Shown piece after piece: positions 24,718 to 33,051 of a DNA stretch of 64,000 nucleotides; the stretch's first letter is position 1, and the number at the start of each line of letters is the position of its first letter. The stretch comes from a virus (taxonomy: Duplodnaviria; Caudoviricetes). Location: IMG/VR virus record IMGVR_UViG_3300027804_000001, positions 224,001 through 288,000 of that record; one strand, 5' to 3'. Under the pieces are notes generated by a model. It made no database searches, was not told the DNA's origin, and saw only the letters and a program-made list of their open reading frames with translations. Position numbers and translations under genes: made by a program.

Positions 24718-27219
24718 TTACTGAGTTTTCTCGTTATAAGATGCCATTTTTTTGATCTTTTCGATTTCTTCTTTCAATACTGTAGAAGTTTTCTCTTCAG
24801 ATTCGTTGACATTTTTTGTTGGTTGAGTATCCTTGTTATACATTGGAGCCTCTTCTTCTTTTTTCTCTTTTCTTTCAGCCTTTTTTGCTAATTTTTTACC
24901 TAAATCACTTTTTACTACATTTGCAGCATCTTGTGAATTACCCATTTTAGTACTACCTTCTAAAGCATCTCTTAATCTTTCAGTAAACTTTTTAGAAGGT
25001 ACATGGTCGTAATCCAAATTTAATAACGTTCCACCTCTGTTATCATCAACATATTCATCCTCCTCATCATCATTCTGTCTTGCAACTTTTGTTCCACTAT
25101 TATTTTGATGAGGAAAATCTGGATTATCACCACCAGGAATTGTTGTAGCCGCTTTTATTTTATCACCCACTTCTTTAGCATTTGCCTCATTATCTTTTTT
25201 AGATTGTGCTTGTGCCGCCCTAGTAACTGTTTGACCAGGTACCGATTCAGCAACAATCTTCTTTATCATTTCAGTCATTTGTGATTCTGTTAAACGTATT
25301 ACCCTTTTCTTTTTAGTGGATTCTTTCATCATACCACACTCACTACACATACCTTCTTCATTCAACATTGAACCACATTCATTACAAGTACCCATACCTT
25401 CTTCTTTCATATCTCTTAGTTTTTTGAAATCGTCGGCATCTATTTCACCATTTTTATTGGTGTCTATTTTATCTTGGTTACCTGTTAATTCTTCTTCCAT
25501 TGATGAATCACCACATTCTTTACATTCTTCCTCGTCCCACTCTCCTATGGCCTCATCTTCTTCTAATTGTTTCCAACATTCTTCAACGTCATGTGTTTTT
25601 CCACCATGTTTAAATGTTTTTTCACCTTTTTGTTTAGCCTTTAATACTGCATGTGCGAAGGAATTACCTTCCATTGGTTCTTGGTTTTCCATATTTTGAT
25701 TTTCTTTTTCTTCTAATTCTTGACCCATCTGATCCATTTTTTCAATCATATCAGAATATGATTCGTATGTTTCGGGTTCTATTATAAGTTCACCTTTATG
25801 TTTTTCTTGATATTTTGGAAGTGCTTCTTCAGCTTCTTCTTTTGAGTTAAATGTTTCAACAGGTTCACCATCTACTTTTATATGGAAAACTTGTTTTTTA
25901 GACTCTTCAGACTCAGAAATTATAGTTTTTCTGACTTCTTCAGATGCCACACTCTCAATCAAATTATTTAAATCAGATAAGTTCATGTCTATAAATATCT
26001 TATTTATCTCATTTAATACGATTTTTTCCATTTCTTTATATGGAATTCCGTATTTATCTGAGATTTCTTTAATATCGTTCTCAATTTCAAGTAATTCTAT
26101 TGCATTTATATCACCTTGATTACAATATGGGAACTTTTTACACTTTTCTTTTATTTTAATAAAAATACCTTTAGGTCCACCCCATTTAGGAAATTTTTTA
26201 TCTTTTACCGCTCTACTTTTTTTAACACTGTCAGGACCATTAATTTTCAAAGGATTTTTACCACCATCACCAAAAGGTACATCATATTGACCAGATGAAG
26301 ACGCGTCTGTAACCTCATTAATTTCTTCTTTATCTGAATTGTATTTCTTAAAATTCTTTGGTTTATATAAGTCTTTTTTCTTTATTACGTTACTAAACGC
26401 AGGTCCTTCAAATGAACCAGATGCATCTGCACCCATAGATTCTTTAGTTTCCATTTTCTTTAATTTGCTGTAATAACTTGGGTCTTCCCATAAATGATCT
26501 AATGCAATCTCTCTTGCTTTATCTTTATTATCGGTATGTTCCATCTCCACCTCAAGTCCCATTTCAAGTTGTTTTTTCAAAGATGATACCATATTAGTAA
26601 TATGATAATAACCTTTACTATCATGTTTCTTTGCAATTTGTATTAGGGATTTATTATCCGCTAAACCACCCTTTAATTCTTCAGATTCGTTTGTTTTCTT
26701 TTTTCTCCCTTGACAATGTGCTCTTTGACTAAACCCTTTAGGGTTATTACAGTCTATTGAACGTTTATATTTTTCTGACCATTTTTCGTTTAATTCAGAA
26801 TCCACATTAATATTTGCGATGAATACTTTAGGATTCACTCCCATGGCAGCGGCGGTACAAAGTCTTGTATTACCCGCAACTAAAATATACCTTTCACCCA
26901 ATTTAACAATTAAAGGTCTACTATAGTCACCTTTCTCAATTGAAATCTTTAATTTTTTTGGGTTTGTTTTTTTATATTTCTTTGCAATATTCATAACCGA
27001 ATCCCAATCACCTTTCTCAATTTCATTTGACTCGGTATTCTCTAAGTTAATCCAAACATCATTACTTAATGTTTGTTCTTCTGATTCTTGAAATGCTTTA
27101 ACTAAATCATCAACCGAAACGTCAATATCCTCATCACGTTTTAAATCTTGTGACAATCTTTGAAGTTCATCCATTTCGCCTTCAATATTCGGTCTTATAT
27201 GATTTTCTTTATTTAACAT
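24718..27219 (-). CDS. mosaic acidic protein (ParB-like N-terminal domain, DUF5661-like module, EF-hand-like loop, Zn knuckle); probable head-internal/scaffold-type polyprotein
   Basis: 833 aa; RPLIV...YILVAGNTRL; MGLEVEMEHT...IALDHLWEDPSYYSKL; DTNKNGEIDADDF; CNEC...CSEC. Confidence 0.6.
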   Translation of the reverse strand: MLNKENHIRPNIEGEMDELQRLSQDLKRDEDIDVSVDDLVKAFQESEEQTLSNDVWINLENTESNEIEKGDWDSVMNIAKKYKKTNPKKLKISIEKGDYSRPLIVKLGERYILVAGNTRLCTAAAMGVNPKVFIANINVDSELNEKWSEKYKRSIDCNNPKGFSQRAHCQGRKKKTNESEELKGGLADNKSLIQIAKKHDSKGYYHITNMVSSLKKQLEMGLEVEMEHTDNKDKAREIALDHLWEDPSYYSKLKKMETKESMGADASGSFEGPAFSNVIKKKDLYKPKNFKKYNSDKEEINEVTDASSSGQYDVPFGDGGKNPLKINGPDSVKKSRAVKDKKFPKWGGPKGIFIKIKEKCKKFPYCNQGDINAIELLEIENDIKEISDKYGIPYKEMEKIVLNEINKIFIDMNLSDLNNLIESVASEEVRKTIISESEESKKQVFHIKVDGEPVETFNSKEEAEEALPKYQEKHKGELIIEPETYESYSDMIEKMDQMGQELEEKENQNMENQEPMEGNSFAHAVLKAKQKGEKTFKHGGKTHDVEECWKQLEEDEAIGEWDEEECKECGDSSMEEELTGNQDKIDTNKNGEIDADDFKKLRDMKEEGMGTCNECGSMLNEEGMCSECGMMKESTKKKRVIRLTESQMTEMIKKIVAESVPGQTVTRAAQAQSKKDNEANAKEVGDKIKAATTIPGGDNPDFPHQNNSGTKVARQNDDEEDEYVDDNRGGTLLNLDYDHVPSKKFTERLRDALEGSTKMGNSQDAANVVKSDLGKKLAKKAERKEKKEEEAPMYNKDTQPTKNVNESEEKTSTVLKEEIEKIKKMASYNEKTQ
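25990..25997 (-). promoter_or_regulatory. putative internal late promoter TATTTATA
   Basis: 3 nt upstream of the in-frame ATG at 25986 inside the 833 aa ORF. Confidence 0.45.
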
Positions 27220-27448
27220 TTTTTAATGATGTTTCCCAAAACGATTTTCTTTGCCATAATGTCTTGAATAGTTCAACCACCACTTTGGTAGATAAATCGA
27301 TAACTTTATCATTAATATCTCTAGTACCCATTTCTTTCTTAACCATGTCAATAACAACCTTATGGGCTTGTGTTGAGTCCATAAAGTTCTTAATTTCCTT
27401 TTTAGTTATTCTTTCTATTTCTTGTTTATCTTGACTAGTTAGGGCCAT
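27209..27448 (-). CDS. hypothetical protein
   Basis: 79 aa, coupled on both sides. Confidence 0.7.
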   Translation of the reverse strand: MALTSQDKQEIERITKKEIKNFMDSTQAHKVVIDMVKKEMGTRDINDKVIDLSTKVVVELFKTLWQRKSFWETSLKNVK

Positions 27449-27951
27449 TAGTTATTATTTCTTTCTCTTATTATTGGGTTCACCGCATCCTCAAATGCTA
27501 AATGAAATTTAATTAATTTTTGAATCGTATTTAAAGTTTCGTCCTCAACTTTTAACATATCTGCATTTATATAAAATCCAGATTCTTCTCCTGATATCAA
27601 TACAAAATTAATATCAACATCGGGAATCGACCCATCTAATCTAATTTGGTTCATGTTTATTGTGAAACCAGGTTCTAAATTAGCAAGTTGTGATACCTGT
27701 TCTCTGAAGGAATCAACCAATCCAGATAACGTGTTTTTCTGATTATCGGTTAATTTCATATCCTGATTGTCAGAAGACAACATTTTAACATCAACATCGT
27801 TAATAACGTCGATATTATCGTCTATTTTATCTGTTTGAGGTAATTCCTCTTCTTTTAGGATTTTAGTGTTTCTTGTTGACTCTGTGAGATTCCTCATAAT
27901 GTTTAACATCTTTTTGGTCTCATCGTATCCTATATTTTTTCTATTTGTCAT
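27448..27951 (-). CDS. hypothetical protein
   Basis: 167 aa; TATTTATA motif 43 nt upstream. Confidence 0.75.
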   Translation of the reverse strand: MTNRKNIGYDETKKMLNIMRNLTESTRNTKILKEEELPQTDKIDDNIDVINDVDVKMLSSDNQDMKLTDNQKNTLSGLVDSFREQVSQLANLEPGFTINMNQIRLDGSIPDVDINFVLISGEESGFYINADMLKVEDETLNTIQKLIKFHLAFEDAVNPIIRERNNN

Positions 27952-28546
27952 GATTAAATAATATTCTAAAATTGAATGATGGGTTTATATCTGTATAAAT
28001 ATTTGAAAAGTTCGATTTACATACAATACCGTTAAATTTGGAGATATTTTCCAAATAACCTTGTGATGGGACGTGTTGTTTGAATATTTCGTGTTTTTCA
28101 CACAACATATCACATAGTTCTGAAACCTTCTCTATTTGTATTTCGTTATATTTGTCCCAATAGTAGTAGTTCCTCCAATTTTTTATAAAAGGTTCGGATC
28201 TATATGGGTCTCCAACCCAATTTGTATATATACCATTTATTGTATTTTTATTTAACCAACCGAGATTTTCAATTGCAATCTTAATCTGTTTTTTATCTAC
28301 CTTGGGTTCATTGAATGTGACGGAACTATGGTTGGTATCAAAAATTTGAAAAACCATACCTAACTTATTTACAATAAAATGTGGGATATCTTCGTAATTT
28401 CCGTTCTTACGATATTTTAATTTTTGAACAAAATCATCTACCCTTCTTTGAGTGTCATAAAGTAAAATTTGAGTTTTTTTACTTTTCCTTCTGGTGATGT
28501 TTAATTTGTCCTTATCTAATACGTCTACGTCTTGAATTACCAACAT
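27941..28546 (-). CDS. N-acetylmuramoyl-L-alanine amidase-like protein (Amidase_2 fold, degenerate Zn site)
   Basis: IPHFIVNKLGMVFQ, IKIAIENLGW and TDINPSFNF match the fold; expected HxT reads YDT. Confidence 0.65.
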   Translation of the reverse strand: MLVIQDVDVLDKDKLNITRRKSKKTQILLYDTQRRVDDFVQKLKYRKNGNYEDIPHFIVNKLGMVFQIFDTNHSSVTFNEPKVDKKQIKIAIENLGWLNKNTINGIYTNWVGDPYRSEPFIKNWRNYYYWDKYNEIQIEKVSELCDMLCEKHEIFKQHVPSQGYLENISKFNGIVCKSNFSNIYTDINPSFNFRILFNHDK

Positions 28547-28775
28547 TTCTAGAAACTATTTTTTTTATTATTGGTTGTTCGGTAGGTGTTGGTGTTGTTG
28601 TAATTTCTTCTTCTGACGGAATGATAGTTTCGTTATTGTCTAAATCATAGATAACATGATTGGGATTTATATCGTCTGATTCCCAATATAATTCATCAGG
28701 TGTTAATGTTGGGGTTGGTACCGCCAAATCTAAGGATGGAAAATCTTCCGTGTCTAAGGGGTTGTTTTCCAACAC
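28512..28775 (-). CDS. acidic Pro/Thr-rich ORF with basic tail; probably the -1 frame extension of the upstream membrane protein
   Basis: Frame is open back to the A10 run at 28803-28812; only a GTG start; composition continues the upstream acidic tail. Confidence 0.6.
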   Translation of the reverse strand: MLENNPLDTEDFPSLDLAVPTPTLTPDELYWESDDINPNHVIYDLDNNETIIPSEEEITTTPTPTEQPIIKKIVSRNVGNSRRRRIR

Positions 28776-28795
28776 CTCTAAGGGGTCTTCCTCCG

Positions 28796-30007
28796 TTAGG
28801 AATTTTTTTTTTCAACCTCTTCGTTTGGAACTACTGGGGTTGCGGTTACGTTAGTTTGTAACTCTATTTCTTCTGGTGTTGCAAATGGTTCGGGTACCTG
28901 TTCATCCCAAAATTGTTGTTCCAATTCTTCAGTCCACCCATCTTCTTCATCTTGGAAAATATTCTCTGAAATTGGTTCTATAGTGGAAAAATTTTCATTT
29001 TCTTCCTCTTGTGTTGGTTCTATAGTGGAAAAATTTTCATTTTCTTCCTCTTCGACCATATCAAATTTTCTTTCGGGTTCAGTTTCTTCTTGAATAGGTT
29101 CAAACACGACTTGTTTCAATTCTAACTTTTTTTCTTCAATAGATATCGGTGTATCGTTTATAATTTCTTTATTTATGTTAGGGATTTCGTCATCACCGAT
29201 TAATTCCTCTTCAACTTCTTTATGAGATTGGGGTTGTTCTACTGCTTTAACTTCAACCTCAAAATCATTAATATGAACATGTTTTTCTTTTATTTTTTCA
29301 CTGTATCTTTTAGCGGCCTCTTTTAATTTTTCATTAGGTAATGGAGGATTTAATAAAACCTCTTCTAATATTTTTAAATCTTCTTCACTTAATCTCAATC
29401 TAGATGTTTCACCAACTAAATCACTCGCTTCTATTTTATTTAATTCTTGTTCTTTTTTATAATTTTCAATTGCATTATTAATTAATTCATCATCTATAAT
29501 GTGTTTTTTTCCTTCTTCGATTGATATTTCTTCTTTTTTTCTATCTTCTTCAGTAAACTTAACTAACATGTGAAGGAATGAAAGAGAGATAATTGGTAAC
29601 ATACCTCCCGCGAAAAAGGCTAAAAATCTCTTGTGACCAACAAAATCAGTTGATTCGACACCCATAAAAGAAACTAAGGGTGAGACTAAATCAACCCAAT
29701 CTTTAAATGATTGAGAATTAATATCAATATAAGAGTAGGCAAAAAATATGTTACCTATAAATTGAACGACTGTTACAATTGCAAATGGAAAATAAACTTT
29801 CTTACCCATGTCCGCCGAAATTGCAGCCAATGCGGATAGTGCTGCAATCTCAATACCAATTGATAGGTAAATCGACCAACTTACAGGATTAGAAATTCCA
29901 TACCACTTTGTTACGTGTGATATCGAAACAATTGCCACCGTTATGATTGGTATCAAAAACGCGGCAATGATTAGTGTTTTAAAATTATTGTTTATCCAAT
30001 GTTTCAT
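28796..30007 (-). CDS. multi-pass membrane protein with long acidic disordered tail
   Basis: About four hydrophobic helices in the first 150 aa, then a Glu-rich tail; start trimmed to ATG at 30007. Confidence 0.75.
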   Translation of the reverse strand: MKHWINNNFKTLIIAAFLIPIITVAIVSISHVTKWYGISNPVSWSIYLSIGIEIAALSALAAISADMGKKVYFPFAIVTVVQFIGNIFFAYSYIDINSQSFKDWVDLVSPLVSFMGVESTDFVGHKRFLAFFAGGMLPIISLSFLHMLVKFTEEDRKKEEISIEEGKKHIIDDELINNAIENYKKEQELNKIEASDLVGETSRLRLSEEDLKILEEVLLNPPLPNEKLKEAAKRYSEKIKEKHVHINDFEVEVKAVEQPQSHKEVEEELIGDDEIPNINKEIINDTPISIEEKKLELKQVVFEPIQEETEPERKFDMVEEEENENFSTIEPTQEEENENFSTIEPISENIFQDEEDGWTEELEQQFWDEQVPEPFATPEEIELQTNVTATPVVPNEEVEKKNS

Positions 30008-30008
30008 A

Positions 30009-30302
30009 TTACCACTTAGTGACCTCTTTTTGTAATTTAGATATTTCTTCATCTATTTGTGTTTGACGTTGAACATCTAAAATTTTACGGTCAGTCGCCT
30101 GTATCATCCTTTTTTCGGATTTTAACCCCTCCACTTGTAAAATAATGGTTAATTCCCTTTTATTATATGTGGAATCTTTAATTTGTTTTATTTCGTTTTT
30201 AATTTTGGTTATTTCTCTACTATCTGAACATCCTTTAAAAAATGTTAATAGTACCACAACCAATACAATAATTGTAAAATTATTTTCAATAAACTTTTTC
30301 AT
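30009..30302 (-). CDS. putative lipoprotein with coiled coil
   Basis: MKK + hydrophobic core + FKGC lipobox-like site, then heptad-rich helix. Confidence 0.65.
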   Translation of the reverse strand: MKKFIENNFTIIVLVVVLLTFFKGCSDSREITKIKNEIKQIKDSTYNKRELTIILQVEGLKSEKRMIQATDRKILDVQRQTQIDEEISKLQKEVTKW

Positions 30303-30317
30303 ACGATATTTTTACTT

Positions 30318-31127
30318 TTATAAATAGTTTAATAGCTCAAAACTTTCGTTTCTTAGCTTCTTTATTGCTTTATCTTTCAATTGTCTAATCCTTTCTTTAG
30401 TACAACCAAACTCTTCTCCAAGGTCTTCCAAGTTAGATTCTACACCTGTTAATCCAAAATATTTTGTTACAATAATACGTTCTCTTTCATCTAAAATACC
30501 TAACATTAATTGTACTTTCTTTTTGATTTCTTCATTTGAATTCAAAATTTGTTCGGGTGATTCTGCGTTATTATTAGGTATCACATCTAAAAGAGTGTCA
30601 CCATCTTCATTTATTTGACTGAACAAACCAACACAATATGGTAAGTTATTACTAAACGGGACTTCATCGGTACTTGAAAACTTATCTTCTTCAGGTACCT
30701 CATCTTTTCTTTTATTCTTTTGTGCCTCTTGTACTAAATTTGAGGGGATTCTAATTGTTCGTGCGTTTTCATTTAGTGATGCCATTATGGATTGTCTTAC
30801 CCACCAAACTGCATACGAAATAAATTTAAGTCCACTGGTAGGATCAAATTTTTCTGATGCTTTCATTAATCCAATGTTACCTTCAGATATTAAATCCATG
30901 ATATCTAATCCCTGATTTTGATACATCTTAGCAACAGATATAACGAATCTCAAATTTCCAACAACTAATTCATTGTAAAGAGATGTCCTTTCATTCTTAG
31001 ATAAATTCTTATTTCGTAATTCTTCAAAAATAACTTCTTGTCTTTCGTGTGTAATGACAGGAATTTTACGAATGTCTTTGATGTACTGTTGGATTTCTTC
31101 GGTGGAGATAATAACAGACTTTTTCAT
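30318..31127 (-). CDS. RNA polymerase sigma-70 family factor (Bacteroidota primary-sigma-like)
   Basis: NLRFVISVAKMYQNQG..DLISEGNIGL...KFISYAVWWVRQSI (region 2); LEDLGEEFGCTKERIRQL (region 4.2). Confidence 0.92.
   Translation of the reverse strand: MKKSVIISTEEIQQYIKDIRKIPVITHERQEVIFEELRNKNLSKNERTSLYNELVVGNLRFVISVAKMYQNQGLDIMDLISEGNIGLMKASEKFDPTSGLKFISYAVWWVRQSIMASLNENARTIRIPSNLVQEAQKNKRKDEVPEEDKFSSTDEVPFSNNLPYCVGLFSQINEDGDTLLDVIPNNNAESPEQILNSNEEIKKKVQLMLGILDERERIIVTKYFGLTGVESNLEDLGEEFGCTKERIRQLKDKAIKKLRNESFELLNYL
30319..30326 (-). promoter_or_regulatory. putative late promoter TATTTATA
   Basis: Overlaps the sigma gene stop; 16 nt upstream of ATG 30302. Confidence 0.55.
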
Positions 31128-31177
31128 AATGGGATTAGTTTAGTTTTGTTTATAGAATTAAAAATAACTAAAAAAAA

Positions 31178-31627
31178 TCACTTATCAAAATTATCCAAGA
31201 ATTTTTTTTCGTCATCCGTTAAACTATCTAATCCGGCCTTTTCAATCTTTTCTAAAACCTCATCTAAATCAAAATTCTTTTTACTAGGTTTTATATATTC
31301 AACCCTAATATTCATTGAGTTTTCTTGTGGTTTGAAAATGAAATCTTTAAGTTTCTGTGGTAAATGTGCTGTAACTATTGTATCTGTTGGGAATAATAAA
31401 TAAAACTTTATAGTGTCATTTGTCATAATTGATAATAACTCTGTGGACAAATTGACTGGTGGATAATCAGAATCAAATATAACAATTATATTGTTATTAC
31501 TTTCTATGACGTATCGTAAAGTTTTAATTGCGGGTGAATCCAATAGAATATCCATACAAAAAAACTCTACTTCTTCATGGTCTTCAAATGTACCATAAAT
31601 AAAAAGAGTATATGATTTTAAATCCAT
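31178..31627 (-). CDS. hypothetical protein with C-terminal DUF6576-like motif
   Basis: LDEVLEKIEKAGLDSLTDDEKKFL; start trimmed to ATG at 31627. Confidence 0.65.
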   Translation of the reverse strand: MDLKSYTLFIYGTFEDHEEVEFFCMDILLDSPAIKTLRYVIESNNNIIVIFDSDYPPVNLSTELLSIMTNDTIKFYLLFPTDTIVTAHLPQKLKDFIFKPQENSMNIRVEYIKPSKKNFDLDEVLEKIEKAGLDSLTDDEKKFLDNFDK

Positions 31628-31628
31628 A

Positions 31629-32276
31629 TTAGTAACGATTACCCTTAGATCGAATTTTCCAATAGACTCCACCACCAACGTATGGTGAAAGTTTACCTAT
31701 TGTATTATCAAAAACTCTATTATTTAACCCTACATCAACTCTAAAAATTTTATCCGACTTAGTTTTCATCATTGCACCAACACCTAAAGAATTAACAAAA
31801 TCTTGTTGATTCATACTAAAATTGAATCCGTAATAAAATTTATTTTTTGGTTCTTCGGGTATTCTTAATGTGTCAAGAACTATTTGTTTTTTAATTTTTG
31901 AATTAGAAATATTTCTTTCAATTACTTTATTCTCACTAACAACTTCATCCAATACTAATGTTCCCACATTGTTGGGTAAAGTCAACGTTTCTGAAATTTT
32001 ATTCTTAGCAAAATAAACTTTTAAAATATTGGCAGTGTCAACTGGTTGTATTATTTGAACCTCGACAGGAACCTTAACCTCAATAGGGACTTCAACCGGT
32101 ACTTCTACTTCAACTTCCACCTCCACACTATCATGTACAGGGTATGGTATTGAATCAACAATTCTAGTATATTCTACTCTATTTGGCATTATACCCTTAG
32201 GATTACAATACTCCAATACCGCAATTAATAATAAGATTAAAATTATTATATTTCTTAATTCAAATATTTTTTTCAT
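31629..32276 (-). CDS. envelope protein: N-terminal TM helix, VEVPV linker, C-terminal amphipathic beta-strands
   Basis: IIILILLLIAVLEYC anchor; ends FYYGFNF...PYVGGGVYWKI; start trimmed to ATG at 32276. Confidence 0.65.
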   Translation of the reverse strand: MKKIFELRNIIILILLLIAVLEYCNPKGIMPNRVEYTRIVDSIPYPVHDSVEVEVEVEVPVEVPIEVKVPVEVQIIQPVDTANILKVYFAKNKISETLTLPNNVGTLVLDEVVSENKVIERNISNSKIKKQIVLDTLRIPEEPKNKFYYGFNFSMNQQDFVNSLGVGAMMKTKSDKIFRVDVGLNNRVFDNTIGKLSPYVGGGVYWKIRSKGNRY

Positions 32277-32277
32277 T

Positions 32278-32706
32278 TTATTTAACAAGTAAAACCGATG
32301 TGGCAATCACACCAACGAAAGTTCCAACTTTATAAAGAAAGGTCTTTCTTCTTTGTCCTTTTAGTTCTTTTAATAAACTATTAGACTTTTCTCTTTCAAG
32401 TGAAAATTGTTCGTCTTTTTTTATTATTATCGTTTCTAAGTTTGCAATCTTTTGATCTTTAAGGGTGTCTTTTTGTTTTAAAAGAGATATTTGTTCGTCT
32501 TTTAATTTTATAACATTACCCAATTCTTTAACTTCGGATATTGCTCCGTCACCCTTAATTAAATCTTTGATAACCAACTTAGCGATTGGAACTTTTAGTG
32601 GTACTATCGTGTCCTGAGCCACCGATTTCTCGTCCTTCGTAACGGTCTGAGAAAAACTTAGCAAGGTCACTAAAAGTAAACTCGTTAACAGCATCAACTT
32701 TTTCAT
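32278..32706 (-). CDS. secreted coiled-coil protein with C-terminal hydrophobic anchor (spanin-like)
   Basis: Signal peptide MKKLMLLTSLLLVTLLSFS-Q; C-terminal FLYKVGTFVGVIATSVLLV. Confidence 0.65.
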   Translation of the reverse strand: MKKLMLLTSLLLVTLLSFSQTVTKDEKSVAQDTIVPLKVPIAKLVIKDLIKGDGAISEVKELGNVIKLKDEQISLLKQKDTLKDQKIANLETIIIKKDEQFSLEREKSNSLLKELKGQRRKTFLYKVGTFVGVIATSVLLVK

Positions 32707-32968
32707 TTGTGTTATTTTTAATAATTGTTATGTTTTTTGTTACCTTATCGATGTCACCATCAATGTTATTAATTTCTTTATCTATTGTTATAATTTTATC
32801 GGTTATTTTTTCATTTAAAACGTATACCGAATCTATTTCTTTTTGAATAGAGTCAATCTTGGTATTATACCCATTTATGTCGGTTTTTATACCTTTCATC
32901 TGAAAAATGGAATAACCTGCTAAAACTACAATTAACAATAAAAGAACGTCTTGTTTATTTAGTTTCAT
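32579..32968 (-). CDS. N-anchored coiled-coil protein (i-spanin-like)
   Basis: VLLLLIVVLAGYSIF TM then a long heptad repeat; 128-nt overlap with the next gene. Confidence 0.65.
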   Translation of the reverse strand: MKLNKQDVLLLLIVVLAGYSIFQMKGIKTDINGYNTKIDSIQKEIDSVYVLNEKITDKIITIDKEINNIDGDIDKVTKNITIIKNNTNEKVDAVNEFTFSDLAKFFSDRYEGREIGGSGHDSTTKSSNR

Positions 32969-32983
32969 AATGATAGATTTATA

Positions 32984-32991
32984 TATAAATA
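32984..32991 (-). promoter_or_regulatory. putative late promoter TATTTATA
   Basis: Between the clpP terminator and ATG 32968. Confidence 0.6.
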
Positions 32992-32995
32992 GTTT

Positions 32996-33025
32996 AAAAA
33001 AAATAAGGGGATTAAAAATCCCCTC
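32996..33025 (-). terminator. intrinsic terminator after clpP
   Basis: GAGGGGATT-TTT-AATCCCCTT followed by ATTTTTTTT. Confidence 0.8.
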
Positions 33026-33051
33026 ATTTATTTCTACCCATTTTACCTATC

